DNA from: an uncultured virus (IMG/VR IMGVR_UViG_3300022921_000005)
Lineage: Duplodnaviria; Heunggongvirae; Uroviricota; Caudoviricetes
Length of the DNA: 64,000 nucleotides
Direction: 5' to 3' (one strand)
Virus record (IMG/VR): IMGVR_UViG_3300022921_000005
Position 1 is the stretch's first letter, and each line of letters begins with the position of its first letter. A program made the position numbers and the translations under genes. The notes beneath the pieces are model-generated. The model searched no databases and was not told the origin of the DNA. It worked only from the letters and a program-made list of their open reading frames with translations. Shown here piece after piece: positions 38,119 to 47,172 of this stretch.

Positions 38119-38605
38119 CGTCTATTCCCCATACCATGTTTATATCTGGATAGTAGACACCGTAAGAACGTTTAATTTCACCATTCTTATCATATGCAGG
38201 CACAACACAGATATTATTGACTCGCTGTGTTCGATCAGGACCTGCCCAGAAATCTAGCCAGACACCAGAGTCGAGATAGCGTTGCATGTTTTTAATGTAG
38301 CCATCAACCTCGTAGTACTTTGCTACTTCCTTTACTTCTTTAGAGTTTGCGTAGTGTCGCATACCTTTGAGGCGAAGTTTCCAATCTTTGATCCATTCCT
38401 TCACTTTATCAGGATGGAGATCATGATCTTCTGGCAAGTCACGAATGCTCTCGTGAATAGAAGTGTTCTGTGCTGGCTTTTTAGCCGCTCGCGCTTTCGC
38501 AAGACGTTCTATGGCCGCCGCACGTTGCTCTTCGGTCATAGGCTTTCGGCGCTTACGAACTTTCTTAACTGGCGGCTCTGGCTGGTTCTTCCTGTGTCTC
38601 TTCAT
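38102..38605 (-). CDS. basic hypothetical protein
   Basis: RKPMTEEQRAAA.ERLAKAR motif. Confidence 0.6.
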   Translation of the reverse strand: MKRHRKNQPEPPVKKVRKRRKPMTEEQRAAAIERLAKARAAKKPAQNTSIHESIRDLPEDHDLHPDKVKEWIKDWKLRLKGMRHYANSKEVKEVAKYYEVDGYIKNMQRYLDSGVWLDFWAGPDRTQRVNNICVVPAYDKNGEIKRSYGVYYPDINMVWGIDDEPRL

Positions 38606-38728
38606 AACTTAGATTAACCTCAACGTTATATTGTCCATTTCTTCTTAAAGCACATGCACCATCAATTGCTTCTTGCTCTGTACAGTATACACCAAGAACC
38701 TCTTTCGTGTCAATAGTCTGTAGCACTA

Positions 38729-39043
38729 TCATTCTTTGACAAAGATTCCATCGACCATCTTTCCCTTTCGATCTTTGATGTCGTTGTATGCTTGAGCAAG
38801 ACAGTCTGCTATTGTGAGTCCGTTTCTTTCGGCAATGTTAACCAGAACGACAATACAATCACCGATATCGTCAGAAACATCACGGCCTTTACACACATTA
38901 TCACTGAGTTCTCCTACTTCTTGTATGAGCTTACATACTTGGTCTTTGTCTGTAGCACCATCAATTAGATTGCGGTCATGATGCCACTCTTTAATCATTT
39001 CAAGATAATCGATTGTATCTTCAGGCTCTAGCAAATAGGACAT
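38729..39043 (-). CDS. MazG-like NTP pyrophosphohydrolase
   Basis: KL.QE.GEL...DDIGD..VVL...AY.DIKDRKG. Confidence 0.85.
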   Translation of the reverse strand: MSYLLEPEDTIDYLEMIKEWHHDRNLIDGATDKDQVCKLIQEVGELSDNVCKGRDVSDDIGDCIVVLVNIAERNGLTIADCLAQAYNDIKDRKGKMVDGIFVKE

Positions 39044-39046
39044 AAA

Positions 39047-39478
39047 TCACCATGGATTGTTGTTTAAGAATGAAGTACGTATCATATCATTACGAAAATC
39101 TTCTGTCAACTGCATTACAAATATTTCTAAGCCAGCAGTTTTTGTTGTGATAATAAATTTTTTATCGGCTGATATGATAGTTGGCTTACTGAGTCGATAT
39201 CGCTCATGCTCTTTATCTTTGATAATACAAGATATGTTAGAGTTTTGATGATTGCGTGTTGGCACAATAAGAACTGGATTGACTGTTTCCATCACAAGTT
39301 CATCATCGACTACAAGCGTAACACTAGTGCCAAAATTAGAAGAATGGACGCCTATTTTATTCAGCGCCCGAGTGAGTGTGCTATCAGTAATGCCTACCTG
39401 CAATTCTTCACGTATACGATCCAAATTGTCCAAGTAGACTTTCTGTATAAACGATAATTTTTTTCTTTCCTTTTGCAT
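39047..39478 (-). CDS. hypothetical protein
   Basis: ORF track. Confidence 0.5.
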   Translation of the reverse strand: MQKERKKLSFIQKVYLDNLDRIREELQVGITDSTLTRALNKIGVHSSNFGTSVTLVVDDELVMETVNPVLIVPTRNHQNSNISCIIKDKEHERYRLSKPTIISADKKFIITTKTAGLEIFVMQLTEDFRNDMIRTSFLNNNPW

Positions 39479-39514
39479 TATACTATTCTCTGGAAATTGT
39501 AAGACTATCGTTAT

Positions 39515-39841
39515 TTATCTTCGCATCTTTGCTATGTCTTTTGCCGTTTCTGGATTCGTAACAGGCACAGCATTAGACTTATGCATCGTTGCTATTCCGA
39601 TGATGTAATCTCCTGTGTATCTCTGTGACTCTTGTTTTGCTGTAGATTGAGATCCTGAACCTCTGAATTCCAAATTGCTTGGGATTGCTTTTGATTCTTC
39701 AAGTCGTACCATATTGTACGATTTCGTCCCTGACGACTGATCGAGCGGTTGAAATGACGGACCCTTATACTTCGCATATACTTCTCCTTTCACTTTTCGC
39801 TTCTTTCTTGGCTTGTAGCTGTTGTTTGCATAGATGATCAT
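39515..39841 (-). CDS. conserved phage hypothetical protein
   Basis: YTG...IGIATMHKSNAVPV...AKDIAKMRR motif. Confidence 0.65.
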   Translation of the reverse strand: MIIYANNSYKPRKKRKVKGEVYAKYKGPSFQPLDQSSGTKSYNMVRLEESKAIPSNLEFRGSGSQSTAKQESQRYTGDYIIGIATMHKSNAVPVTNPETAKDIAKMRR

Positions 39842-39887
39842 AATAAAGTCTCATTGTGTTGTACAGTACAATTGTAACTGATTTAGA

Positions 39888-40862
39888 TCATCTTGTCAAC
39901 CCGTCTTCCTTCTTTATCTCCTCATCAAGTGCTTGTTTTAGAAAGACTATTTTGCTGTCATTCGAATACTGCTTTTCCAACGACAGAAGATTTTTCTTGT
40001 TATTTTCTTTCGGAATAAATTGCCAGTCTTTTATCTCATCAGTCCTTTTGACAGAAAGTTTGAAGAACGGCCACCATTTCATCACAAGATCATATAAAAA
40101 TTTTCGATCTATTTTCTCAGACATAAGAAACGGACTCATAATCTGATACACACCAGTAGGCAATTTTACGTCTTTGTCTTTACCCGCACTCAGCCAAGAT
40201 ACGTTATTTTTTGTCCATCTATATGGCCAATTCTTAGCAATTTTCTTTCTGAGTTCTAATTCTGTACAGTCAACAAATGCCTGCCAGAATCTAAAGTAAG
40301 AGTAATGAAAGTTAATATGTTCTTCCCAATGTGCATCATGTTTCCAGTTTTCTGTGTATTTCTTATCAAAATTTCTAGAGTCATATACAGGATTATTTTC
40401 AACGTCTGAATAAAGGAATGTCACGCACGGAATAAAATCTGTATCAAAAAATACTTCAGTTCCAAAATTGAACTTCATTTTGCGATTCTCTTGACCCACT
40501 GTGAGCCAAAAGCAATTGTCAACTATCATCGAATCGTTGAGCCAAGAGTCAAGTGGCTTCAAACAGAATGTAGTTGCGTCTACATACAAACCAGGATTAT
40601 TATATAATATTCGATATCTTAAAAGATCACATCTTGCTTGAATAGGCTCAACATTTTTTGTTTCTTCGATGTATTCTTCCTCAACATAATTTTTCAAATT
40701 TTCATCAGAAATTAAATGTACGTCCCAGTCTGGATTTCGATATATCCATGATCTAGCACATTCCCACACGACAGCAGGTGTTTTATTTTGATTCCATCCT
40801 TGAAGCCAGATGATATAAATGTTTTTTTGCATTAATTCTTCTTTATTAGATTTGTCATCCAA
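39888..40862 (-). CDS. DxD glycosyltransferase (GT32/capsular polysaccharide synthesis-like)
   Basis: WLQGW...C..SW...NPDW; CDLLRY.IL....GLYVDAT. Confidence 0.75.
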   Translation of the reverse strand: MDDKSNKEELMQKNIYIIWLQGWNQNKTPAVVWECARSWIYRNPDWDVHLISDENLKNYVEEEYIEETKNVEPIQARCDLLRYRILYNNPGLYVDATTFCLKPLDSWLNDSMIVDNCFWLTVGQENRKMKFNFGTEVFFDTDFIPCVTFLYSDVENNPVYDSRNFDKKYTENWKHDAHWEEHINFHYSYFRFWQAFVDCTELELRKKIAKNWPYRWTKNNVSWLSAGKDKDVKLPTGVYQIMSPFLMSEKIDRKFLYDLVMKWWPFFKLSVKRTDEIKDWQFIPKENNKKNLLSLEKQYSNDSKIVFLKQALDEEIKKEDGLTR

Positions 40863-41599
40863 AGACCAATATCAAATTCATACCATCTATTGGACAAATT
40901 GAGTCTGCGAGGATTTGCATGGTGATTATTATGTAAACTTTCACCCCACGTTAAAAATACAACCCAAGGATTATTTGTGCTTTTATTGTTCATCTTATGA
41001 TCTTCATATGTTAATCCTTTAATAGGATAGTGTCCTAGCCAATTAACTATGCCACTAACTAGTACACTAAAAATACTTGCATTCAAACTTGCAAGAACAT
41101 ATGTACTGCCAAACATGTAACCAGTTAACAATCCAATGACTAATAAGTTTAATATAACCAGCAAAGCGTAATTTTTATGACACCACAGTGCAAACGGATC
41201 TAATTGTTTTCTCATTTTAAATAATTCTTTATGTGCGAATTCATGATTCTCTTTATAAAAAATCCAGCCAAATAATGAATACAATATTCCTTTAGTCGGT
41301 GTATGCATATCTCTTTCTGTGTCTGTATGTGCGTGATGACTTCTATTATGTATCAATGTCCACGTTACAGAGGAACCTTGCGCTCCTTGACATCCAAGAT
41401 ACGTCAGTATCTTTCTCATTGTATCTGTTGTTTCAAATTGTCTGTGACTTAACAGTTTATGAAATCCTATAGTAACACCATAACCACTGTACATGATTGT
41501 AAATACCGCTGTTGCTATCCATAAATGAAAACTACCATTAAACAAGCTCCAGACTAAACTTGCAAGAGCCATTGGAAAAAATATTAAATAAAATAACAT
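40832..41599 (-). CDS. membrane fatty-acid desaturase (delta-9 type)
   Basis: His boxes HKLLSH, HNRSHH, HNNHH; TM helices. Confidence 0.9.
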   Translation of the reverse strand: MLFYLIFFPMALASLVWSLFNGSFHLWIATAVFTIMYSGYGVTIGFHKLLSHRQFETTDTMRKILTYLGCQGAQGSSVTWTLIHNRSHHAHTDTERDMHTPTKGILYSLFGWIFYKENHEFAHKELFKMRKQLDPFALWCHKNYALLVILNLLVIGLLTGYMFGSTYVLASLNASIFSVLVSGIVNWLGHYPIKGLTYEDHKMNNKSTNNPWVVFLTWGESLHNNHHANPRRLNLSNRWYEFDIGLWMTNLIKKN

Positions 41600-41604
41600 G
41601 TTGA

Positions 41605-42231
41605 TTATCCTTCTGAACTATCCCAACTCCAGTTGCAATCCATCATCACAAACTTAGAGCCAGGAACTTTTGGATTATCTATAACTGAAGTTACAGTGAA
41701 CGCTTTTCTCATTCTGATCCATCTCATCATAGGGCTTTTTTCTGGTACAGTTGCGAGATAGGTATGAATTGGACGTCCTATACTATCTAAAAATTCACCG
41801 CCCTGTCTATCGTATTGTCCTGATAATATCCACTTATTGTCATCATCGTATGGAGTTGGAATAATAAAATTAAAAAATTGCTCATAGACGCCTGGATATT
41901 TCATATATCCAAAACTGACATAAGCAAGTTGATTATCCTTATGAACTTTGTAGTGGAGTGGTCCAACAACTCCATTCGGTTGAAACACTTTACTATAACC
42001 TATAGTCTTGTTGATTATAGCACTTTCGAGTCTTGCAAAAGAATCATCATACGTATGCGTTTTAATTCCGAATTCAGAACTAGCAAAAGTGTCCCAATTA
42101 TAATGAACACAGTCCAAGTAGTTCCAATCCCAAAATTTTCTCAAATTAATTGTATGAAATGGATCAAATACATTGGAATAATCAATGATATCGGAGACAT
42201 CAAAGAATTCTAAATTATATTCATTATTCAC
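41605..42231 (-). CDS. hypothetical protein
   Basis: ORF track. Confidence 0.5.
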   Translation of the reverse strand: MNNEYNLEFFDVSDIIDYSNVFDPFHTINLRKFWDWNYLDCVHYNWDTFASSEFGIKTHTYDDSFARLESAIINKTIGYSKVFQPNGVVGPLHYKVHKDNQLAYVSFGYMKYPGVYEQFFNFIIPTPYDDDNKWILSGQYDRQGGEFLDSIGRPIHTYLATVPEKSPMMRWIRMRKAFTVTSVIDNPKVPGSKFVMMDCNWSWDSSEG

Positions 42232-42568
42232 TAGCCATTTCTCTTATCTTGGGCTTGCTCTTTTTGTTTTTCAACGTCAATATTCGGAGGAGGTTGATGC
42301 TGTTGTTTCTGAGCAAAGATTTTGTCCCAGTTGCTTTCATATGTTTTTCTATCCACGCCAAAAGGCCTAGGCTTACTACCTTTACCTGCCATAAAATATC
42401 CTCACTTATATGCTAATACTAAAATTATTCCCAATAAAAGAATGTTAGTAAATGCGATTTCAACAGCGAGAATCGTATGATACCAAACCCATCGTGCTTG
42501 ATATATTTCTTTCTCTGTTGGCTCGCCAGCTCTCTTTACTATCTCTTTATCTAGTCTATTAAAAATCA

Positions 42569-42961
42569 TTAATCTGAACCCTCTGGGCCTCCTTTAATAT
42601 ACAAACCAAACCACGCGGCACCAGCACCAACAACAACAGAAATCAGACCACTCTGTTCAAGTGTCGGTGCTTCTAAGTTCATGAACCAGATTGTAGTGTA
42701 GTAGAGCAGACACATGTAAACTGTAATAAATGCTCTGCTCCATATTCTCCACTGGTCGACCATTTTTGCGAAGTGTATCCATTTCTGCCATGGATTACTA
42801 TCTTTCTCATCTCTGAGGTCTCGTATCTGATCTTTCAGCGAAGAATTTTCCTGTAGTACTTGCATGAATCGATCAAGATCAAGTTGCACTTCGTTCCGAG
42901 CAAAATCTCCTCGGAACTCTCCGTGTGATAATGGTTTTATTTCTTCTTTATCTTCCGTCAT
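42569..42961 (-). CDS. two-TM membrane protein (holin-like)
   Basis: Coiled coil then WRI.R, two TM helices, AWFGLY. Confidence 0.5.
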   Translation of the reverse strand: MTEDKEEIKPLSHGEFRGDFARNEVQLDLDRFMQVLQENSSLKDQIRDLRDEKDSNPWQKWIHFAKMVDQWRIWSRAFITVYMCLLYYTTIWFMNLEAPTLEQSGLISVVVGAGAAWFGLYIKGGPEGSD

Positions 42962-43361
42962 CGTTATTTACTTTATACCATTGACCTGGTTCATCAAATT
43001 TCATAAAGTAAAAGTATTTGTAACCAGATCGTTTGTTCCAGTCATAAACGTCATAGTATCGATTCTCTGCGATCCATGTCGTTCTCTCGTCAGTGTAACC
43101 TGCAATTGCATGTCCTTCACCTGTCTCTGTCTCACAAACAATAAATGAAACAGAAGCGGGATCAAAGCCAGACTCAAGCATCAGTTCACACATCGTCATC
43201 GCAAAGCCGTCACAGTCATCAACAAACTTTCGGCCTTGCATGACTTCTTTTGCCTTGCTTCGCCAGTCTTCAACTACACCATAATTATCTTCATCAAACT
43301 TATATATGAATTTGCTGTGAACTTTTGTCAATAATTTATCAAGAATTTTTAATTCATTCAT
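42948..43361 (-). CDS. transglutaminase-like cysteine protease catalytic domain (BTLCP/C93-like)
   Basis: D..YG..EDW, DCDGFA, GHA, EN. Confidence 0.7.
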   Translation of the reverse strand: MNELKILDKLLTKVHSKFIYKFDEDNYGVVEDWRSKAKEVMQGRKFVDDCDGFAMTMCELMLESGFDPASVSFIVCETETGEGHAIAGYTDERTTWIAENRYYDVYDWNKRSGYKYFYFMKFDEPGQWYKVNNDDGR

Positions 43362-43364
43362 AGC

Positions 43365-43538
43365 TTATTCCTTCTTACACAGTGGAGATTCAGGCTCTCG
43401 CTGACACATTTTATTGTATGCTTCAGCTTGCACGTTTACTTTATCGCCAGTCATAGGACCAGTTGTCTCTACCATCTCTTCATTATGCGTACAGCCTAAG
43501 ATAGATAGAACAAGTACCAGTAGTACTAGTCTTTTCAT
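43365..43538 (-). CDS. small lipoprotein, 57 aa
   Basis: Manual ORF MKRLVLLVLVLSILGC...KMCQREPESPLCKKE; lipobox ILGC. Confidence 0.7.
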   Translation of the reverse strand: MKRLVLLVLVLSILGCTHNEEMVETTGPMTGDKVNVQAEAYNKMCQREPESPLCKKE

Positions 43539-43801
43539 TTCTTATTCTCCTTTCTCTTATCTTGTAGTTTTTTCTGTTTGAACATCCTGTCGAGATGGTC
43601 TAAGTTAAGTACTGCTTTGTCGAGCGCATTCATCATCAGTGTCATATCTTCAAACAATTCTCTCTCATCGTCTCCTAGTGGAGCGATGGGATTTTTAGAA
43701 TAGTATTCTATCATACCGTATTTATCATAGTAAACTTCATGTATTTGCATTGTCACAAATCCAGACGATGGTCTAACACAGACTCTATAATTCCACTTCA
43801 T
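43535..43801 (-). CDS. conserved phage hypothetical protein
   Basis: WNYRV...IHEVYY motif. Confidence 0.6.
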   Translation of the reverse strand: MKWNYRVCVRPSSGFVTMQIHEVYYDKYGMIEYYSKNPIAPLGDDERELFEDMTLMMNALDKAVLNLDHLDRMFKQKKLQDKRKENKK

Positions 43802-43804
43802 TTA

Positions 43805-44341
43805 CTATCCTTTTTTATAAAAAATATGGTCATTGATTACGACTGTCTGTTGAAAAGATTTTCTCCAGAATGGAGACACACTGACAGCGTGATAAAACTC
43901 AGCACCGTCTGTAATGTCTTCATTCGGTGCAGATAAAAATTCATGAGCAAGTTGTTTTATCTCTTCATATTTATCTTTTTCATCAATGACTTCTCGCTTG
44001 CCATCACAGTACCAACTGAACTGGCATTTGTGTCGGATAGGATTACCTTTTGAATTAGTCTTGGCTTGATAGACTACACCGCAGATATCGTTTGGAAATG
44101 ATTTACTTCGGACTCGATTGAGTGTGACATGAGCGACAGCCAGTTTGCCTAGGTGTGGTTCGCCTCTCGCTTCAAAATAGATGTTCGCGGCGAGGCATTC
44201 TAGTTCGTCTGGATTGATTTGCACTTCAGGCAGGCGTTGTGCTGTGACAACGATTTCGGTAAGTTCTTCTGTATTCGATTCAATTTGATTATCACATGAG
44301 ACAGTGAATAATAAAAACATCAGTGGTATAAGAATTCTCAT
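43805..44341 (-). CDS. cell wall hydrolase (SleB/Hydrolase_2), lipoprotein
   Basis: CLAANIYFEARGE, LNRV, CQFSW, HIFY. Confidence 0.9.
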   Translation of the reverse strand: MRILIPLMFLLFTVSCDNQIESNTEELTEIVVTAQRLPEVQINPDELECLAANIYFEARGEPHLGKLAVAHVTLNRVRSKSFPNDICGVVYQAKTNSKGNPIRHKCQFSWYCDGKREVIDEKDKYEEIKQLAHEFLSAPNEDITDGAEFYHAVSVSPFWRKSFQQTVVINDHIFYKKG

Positions 44342-44377
44342 CTTCGTACCCTCCTAGTTTTAATTGTCATAATAAAA

Positions 44378-44670
44378 TGCCACACTTTGGTAACAAGGTA
44401 GTGGCCACCCCGCGAAGATCACGCCGCTAGGCGAACGTCTCCGTAGTAACTGTCGTCATTGGCAGTTATTGCTTTGAACCCTGTTTATACAGACGGCGTT
44501 CATCGTCTGATTCTCCACATTGCTTTCAGTTGCCCGTCGATTCCGTAACGCCCCCATCATAAACACACTGGTCTTATTTTCGACACTGTACGTCCGTGCC
44601 AATGTGTTTATGGTGGAGGCGGCGGGATTCGAACCCGCGTCCGCACTTCTTATTTACAATGTTTCATCGA
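44378..44670 (-). ncRNA. ssrA: two-piece (circularly permuted) tmRNA; outer ends approximate
   Basis: Acceptor piece ends GGTTCGAATCCCGCCGCCTCCACCA at 44611; coding piece starts GGGGGCG at 44555 (7-bp stem with G3-U70); pseudoknot; tag ORF 44463-44419 ANDDSYYGDVRLAA*. Confidence 0.92.
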
Positions 44671-44677
44671 ATAACTT

Positions 44678-44685
44678 TATTTATA
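44678..44685 (-). promoter_or_regulatory. late promoter TATAAATA upstream of tmRNA
   Basis: Exact consensus. Confidence 0.7.
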
Positions 44686-44974
44686 GTCTTTGAGGCTTTC
44701 GCTCAACAAATTCATAAAGTTCAGATGCCTTCTGATTGATTTGATCAGATGTCGGCATAGGTGGTATTGCTTCTTTGAGTTGGCAACTTAAATCATACAA
44801 TTTTTCATAAGCACTGTCAAACTCAGTTCCTACTTTGCCATCGATATAAGCGAGCATATTTTCTACCTGATTGTGTAACGACCAGTAAGAATTCATCAAT
44901 TGCTCGTATTGATGCATTTCGAGTTCGCGTGCCATTTCGAGGACTTTAAAACGCAGTTCATATGGATTAGACAT
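44681..44974 (-). CDS. conserved phage hypothetical protein
   Basis: NPYELR..VL.MA...P....I...A..LY.FV motif; AGGAG RBS. Confidence 0.65.
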   Translation of the reverse strand: MSNPYELRFKVLEMARELEMHQYEQLMNSYWSLHNQVENMLAYIDGKVGTEFDSAYEKLYDLSCQLKEAIPPMPTSDQINQKASELYEFVERKPQRL

Positions 44975-45015
44975 AAGTGTCTCCTTTCGTGTGTTGTGTT
45001 GTGTGTTAAACGTTA

Positions 45016-45381
45016 TTAAACGTTATATCTATCAGCAAATCCTTCGCGAATCATAATCTGTGTTAGCATTCTTTCTGCGTCCCACACTGTATCATAGACC
45101 TTAAAGTCACCGATAATTCGGCCGTATTTGCCTTTATTACCATTGTAGTCTTTACTGACTAGAATGGCATTACTTCCTAGTGGAAGTAATCTCTCAACAA
45201 AAGCCTTAGAAGCAAGTCCTTGCTCTTTTTCTTCTAAGTCTCTTGTTCTTGTTTCTGGTGCATCAATGCCAACTAACCGAACTCGTTGATTCATAACCCA
45301 GACTTCAAAGCCTAGGTCAATGTCAACATCGACTGTATCGCCATCAACGATTCTTCTAATTACGCATCGATATTCATACAT
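45016..45381 (-). CDS. thermonuclease (SNase-like)
   Basis: DGDT, RLVGIDAPE, KYGR. Confidence 0.88.
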   Translation of the reverse strand: MYEYRCVIRRIVDGDTVDVDIDLGFEVWVMNQRVRLVGIDAPETRTRDLEEKEQGLASKAFVERLLPLGSNAILVSKDYNGNKGKYGRIIGDFKVYDTVWDAERMLTQIMIREGFADRYNV

Positions 45382-45550
45382 AGCTTAACCTTTCAGAAAT
45401 ACGGACTCTTTTAGAGCAATTTTAATTTCTTGTAGTGACAGACCAAGCATTTGAAGTTCTCTTTTTGCCAAATCTTCGCTCAACTCAAAGTTCTTATACT
45501 GCTCGACAATTTGCTGAACTTGAATGTCTGCCATCAATGTTCTTTCGATA

Positions 45551-45868
45551 TCAGTCATCATCGTCTCCTAGATAAACATCTCCTAAGCTTGGAACACAAT
45601 CATCAGCAAACGAAATATCAATCTCTTTGCCTCTTTGATGATATTCCTTACAAACTTTTTCGAAGGTCTTGAAAAGTTTATCGAATTTCACATCGTAAAC
45701 TTCTTTGATCCCAAGATATTTATTCATAAGCGCATCACACAATTTAGCATCCATGCTTTCCCACATGGAGTCATCTACAAACCATGTGGTCACAGTATCG
45801 ATATCATCGACCACATGCCAGCATTGCATGATTTCTTGCTCTAAGTCAAAGATTGGATTATCCATCAT
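45551..45868 (-). CDS. hypothetical protein
   Basis: FDLEQ.I..CW.V.DD motif. Confidence 0.55.
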   Translation of the reverse strand: MMDNPIFDLEQEIMQCWHVVDDIDTVTTWFVDDSMWESMDAKLCDALMNKYLGIKEVYDVKFDKLFKTFEKVCKEYHQRGKEIDISFADDCVPSLGDVYLGDDDD

Positions 45869-46125
45869 TCTGCCTCATATGAAATTACAGAGTCCCAACG
45901 AAAAGACCGCCACTCATCTAGATCAACTTCGTACACAGGCTGTACATCAATGCTATGTACTCGATCGGTATTCTTCGGCAACTTATCAGCGGGAATCAAA
46001 TCTCTGTTAAGTGTTCCAGTCACAGTACGCTCGGTGCCGTCTTTCTTTGTGAAAGTAATACGACAGAGTCCGCTTGACAAATATGATGTTACTTCATCAC
46101 GATTCACTTCCATACTATTCTCCAA
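45865..46125 (-). CDS. SH3/WYL-like beta-barrel protein (DUF2693-like)
   Basis: FTKKDGTER...GTL...WRSFR. Confidence 0.7.
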   Translation of the reverse strand: MENSMEVNRDEVTSYLSSGLCRITFTKKDGTERTVTGTLNRDLIPADKLPKNTDRVHSIDVQPVYEVDLDEWRSFRWDSVISYEAE

Positions 46126-46696
46126 TTACATGTTGATAAATTTCTTTCCAAGTTCTAACTTTTACCGCATCACCACTATAATCAGTGTTGTGATCATGTA
46201 GCATCAAAAAACTATTCAATCCCATTGATGAGCCAACATCAGCATTTTCTGGCTTGTCTTCAACCCAGTAGCATTCTGTTCCCTTATACTTCGACAGTGC
46301 TTCGTCTTTGTCAGCACCTGTGTCTAGATATATGTATGTTTCAAACACAGTAGGACCGAAGATTTCACACAAGTTCTTCGTTCGAAGATGTTGTGCATAC
46401 TCATCATTGGTCATCGAAGTGATTACGTGAAAAACATAGCCATGCTCTTCGTGCAATTTTCGCACATACTTAATTGCATCACGGAGCGGTGGCAACTTTC
46501 GAATCGTTGCGCTTTCATTGAACATACGAACTAGTCTTTCTTTTACAACAGTTCCTAAATCATATTTCTTTGCAATGTTATATGTTTCAGGCACTTGAAT
46601 TCGATAACCATGTCGTGCCATCCATCGATCAAACGCATAAGACCAGTCGAGTAGAACACCATCACAATCTGTTAATATCACTTTTTCTTTCATCAT
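46115..46696 (-). CDS. HAD-family phosphatase (T4 gp30.2-like)
   Basis: DCDGVLLDW, WVEDK, HN. Confidence 0.8.
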   Translation of the reverse strand: MMKEKVILTDCDGVLLDWSYAFDRWMARHGYRIQVPETYNIAKKYDLGTVVKERLVRMFNESATIRKLPPLRDAIKYVRKLHEEHGYVFHVITSMTNDEYAQHLRTKNLCEIFGPTVFETYIYLDTGADKDEALSKYKGTECYWVEDKPENADVGSSMGLNSFLMLHDHNTDYSGDAVKVRTWKEIYQHVIGE

Positions 46697-46741
46697 TACC
46701 TCGCTACTAGTCTTATAGTATAACCAATATAGCGTCTATTG

Positions 46742-47020
46742 TCAAGTGGATAAGACAATTCCTGAAGTTGCTTGAACCCAGCCATCAGCAACTTCTTTTG
46801 CAGTCGCGACAACTGCGACTACCTGCGCTTTCTGTATATCTACATCATGCGCTTTAGGGTCAGCAGACATACAGATTCCAGGAGCGAAGCCCATGCCCTG
46901 TTGAGTCTGCATTAGCATCCGAGGTCTTTCTATTGTGAAGACAGTCTCACTTTCACCTTTCAGTCTGCCCACTACTTCGCCGAGCGGTGTTAACACCGTA
47001 ACAATATCATTCTGATTCAT
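46742..47020 (-). CDS. Sm-like-fold hypothetical protein
   Basis: Conserved phage pattern ending TSGIV. Confidence 0.5.
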   Translation of the reverse strand: MNQNDIVTVLTPLGEVVGRLKGESETVFTIERPRMLMQTQQGMGFAPGICMSADPKAHDVDIQKAQVVAVVATAKEVADGWVQATSGIVLST

Positions 47021-47172
47021 TTAATTTCCTCAAGTTATCAGCCATCTTGGCAAATGATTCTTCTGGCATCATATTTTCCATCACAAATATGGCCAATTTA
47101 AAGCCCTCTTTTTTTCCGACAAAATAGCCGAATAAAAATCCTAGACAAGTTAGTCCTAATACTACAAAGTCA

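Noticed and set aside
43362..43367. Genome-wide stop-codon reassignment
   Set aside because: TAA, TAG and TGA all terminate recognisable full-length genes, and no suppressor tRNA is seen
44611..44645. Apparent tRNA fragment or attP-like tRNA 3' end
   Set aside because: It is the acceptor piece of the permuted tmRNA; its pairing partner and tag ORF lie downstream
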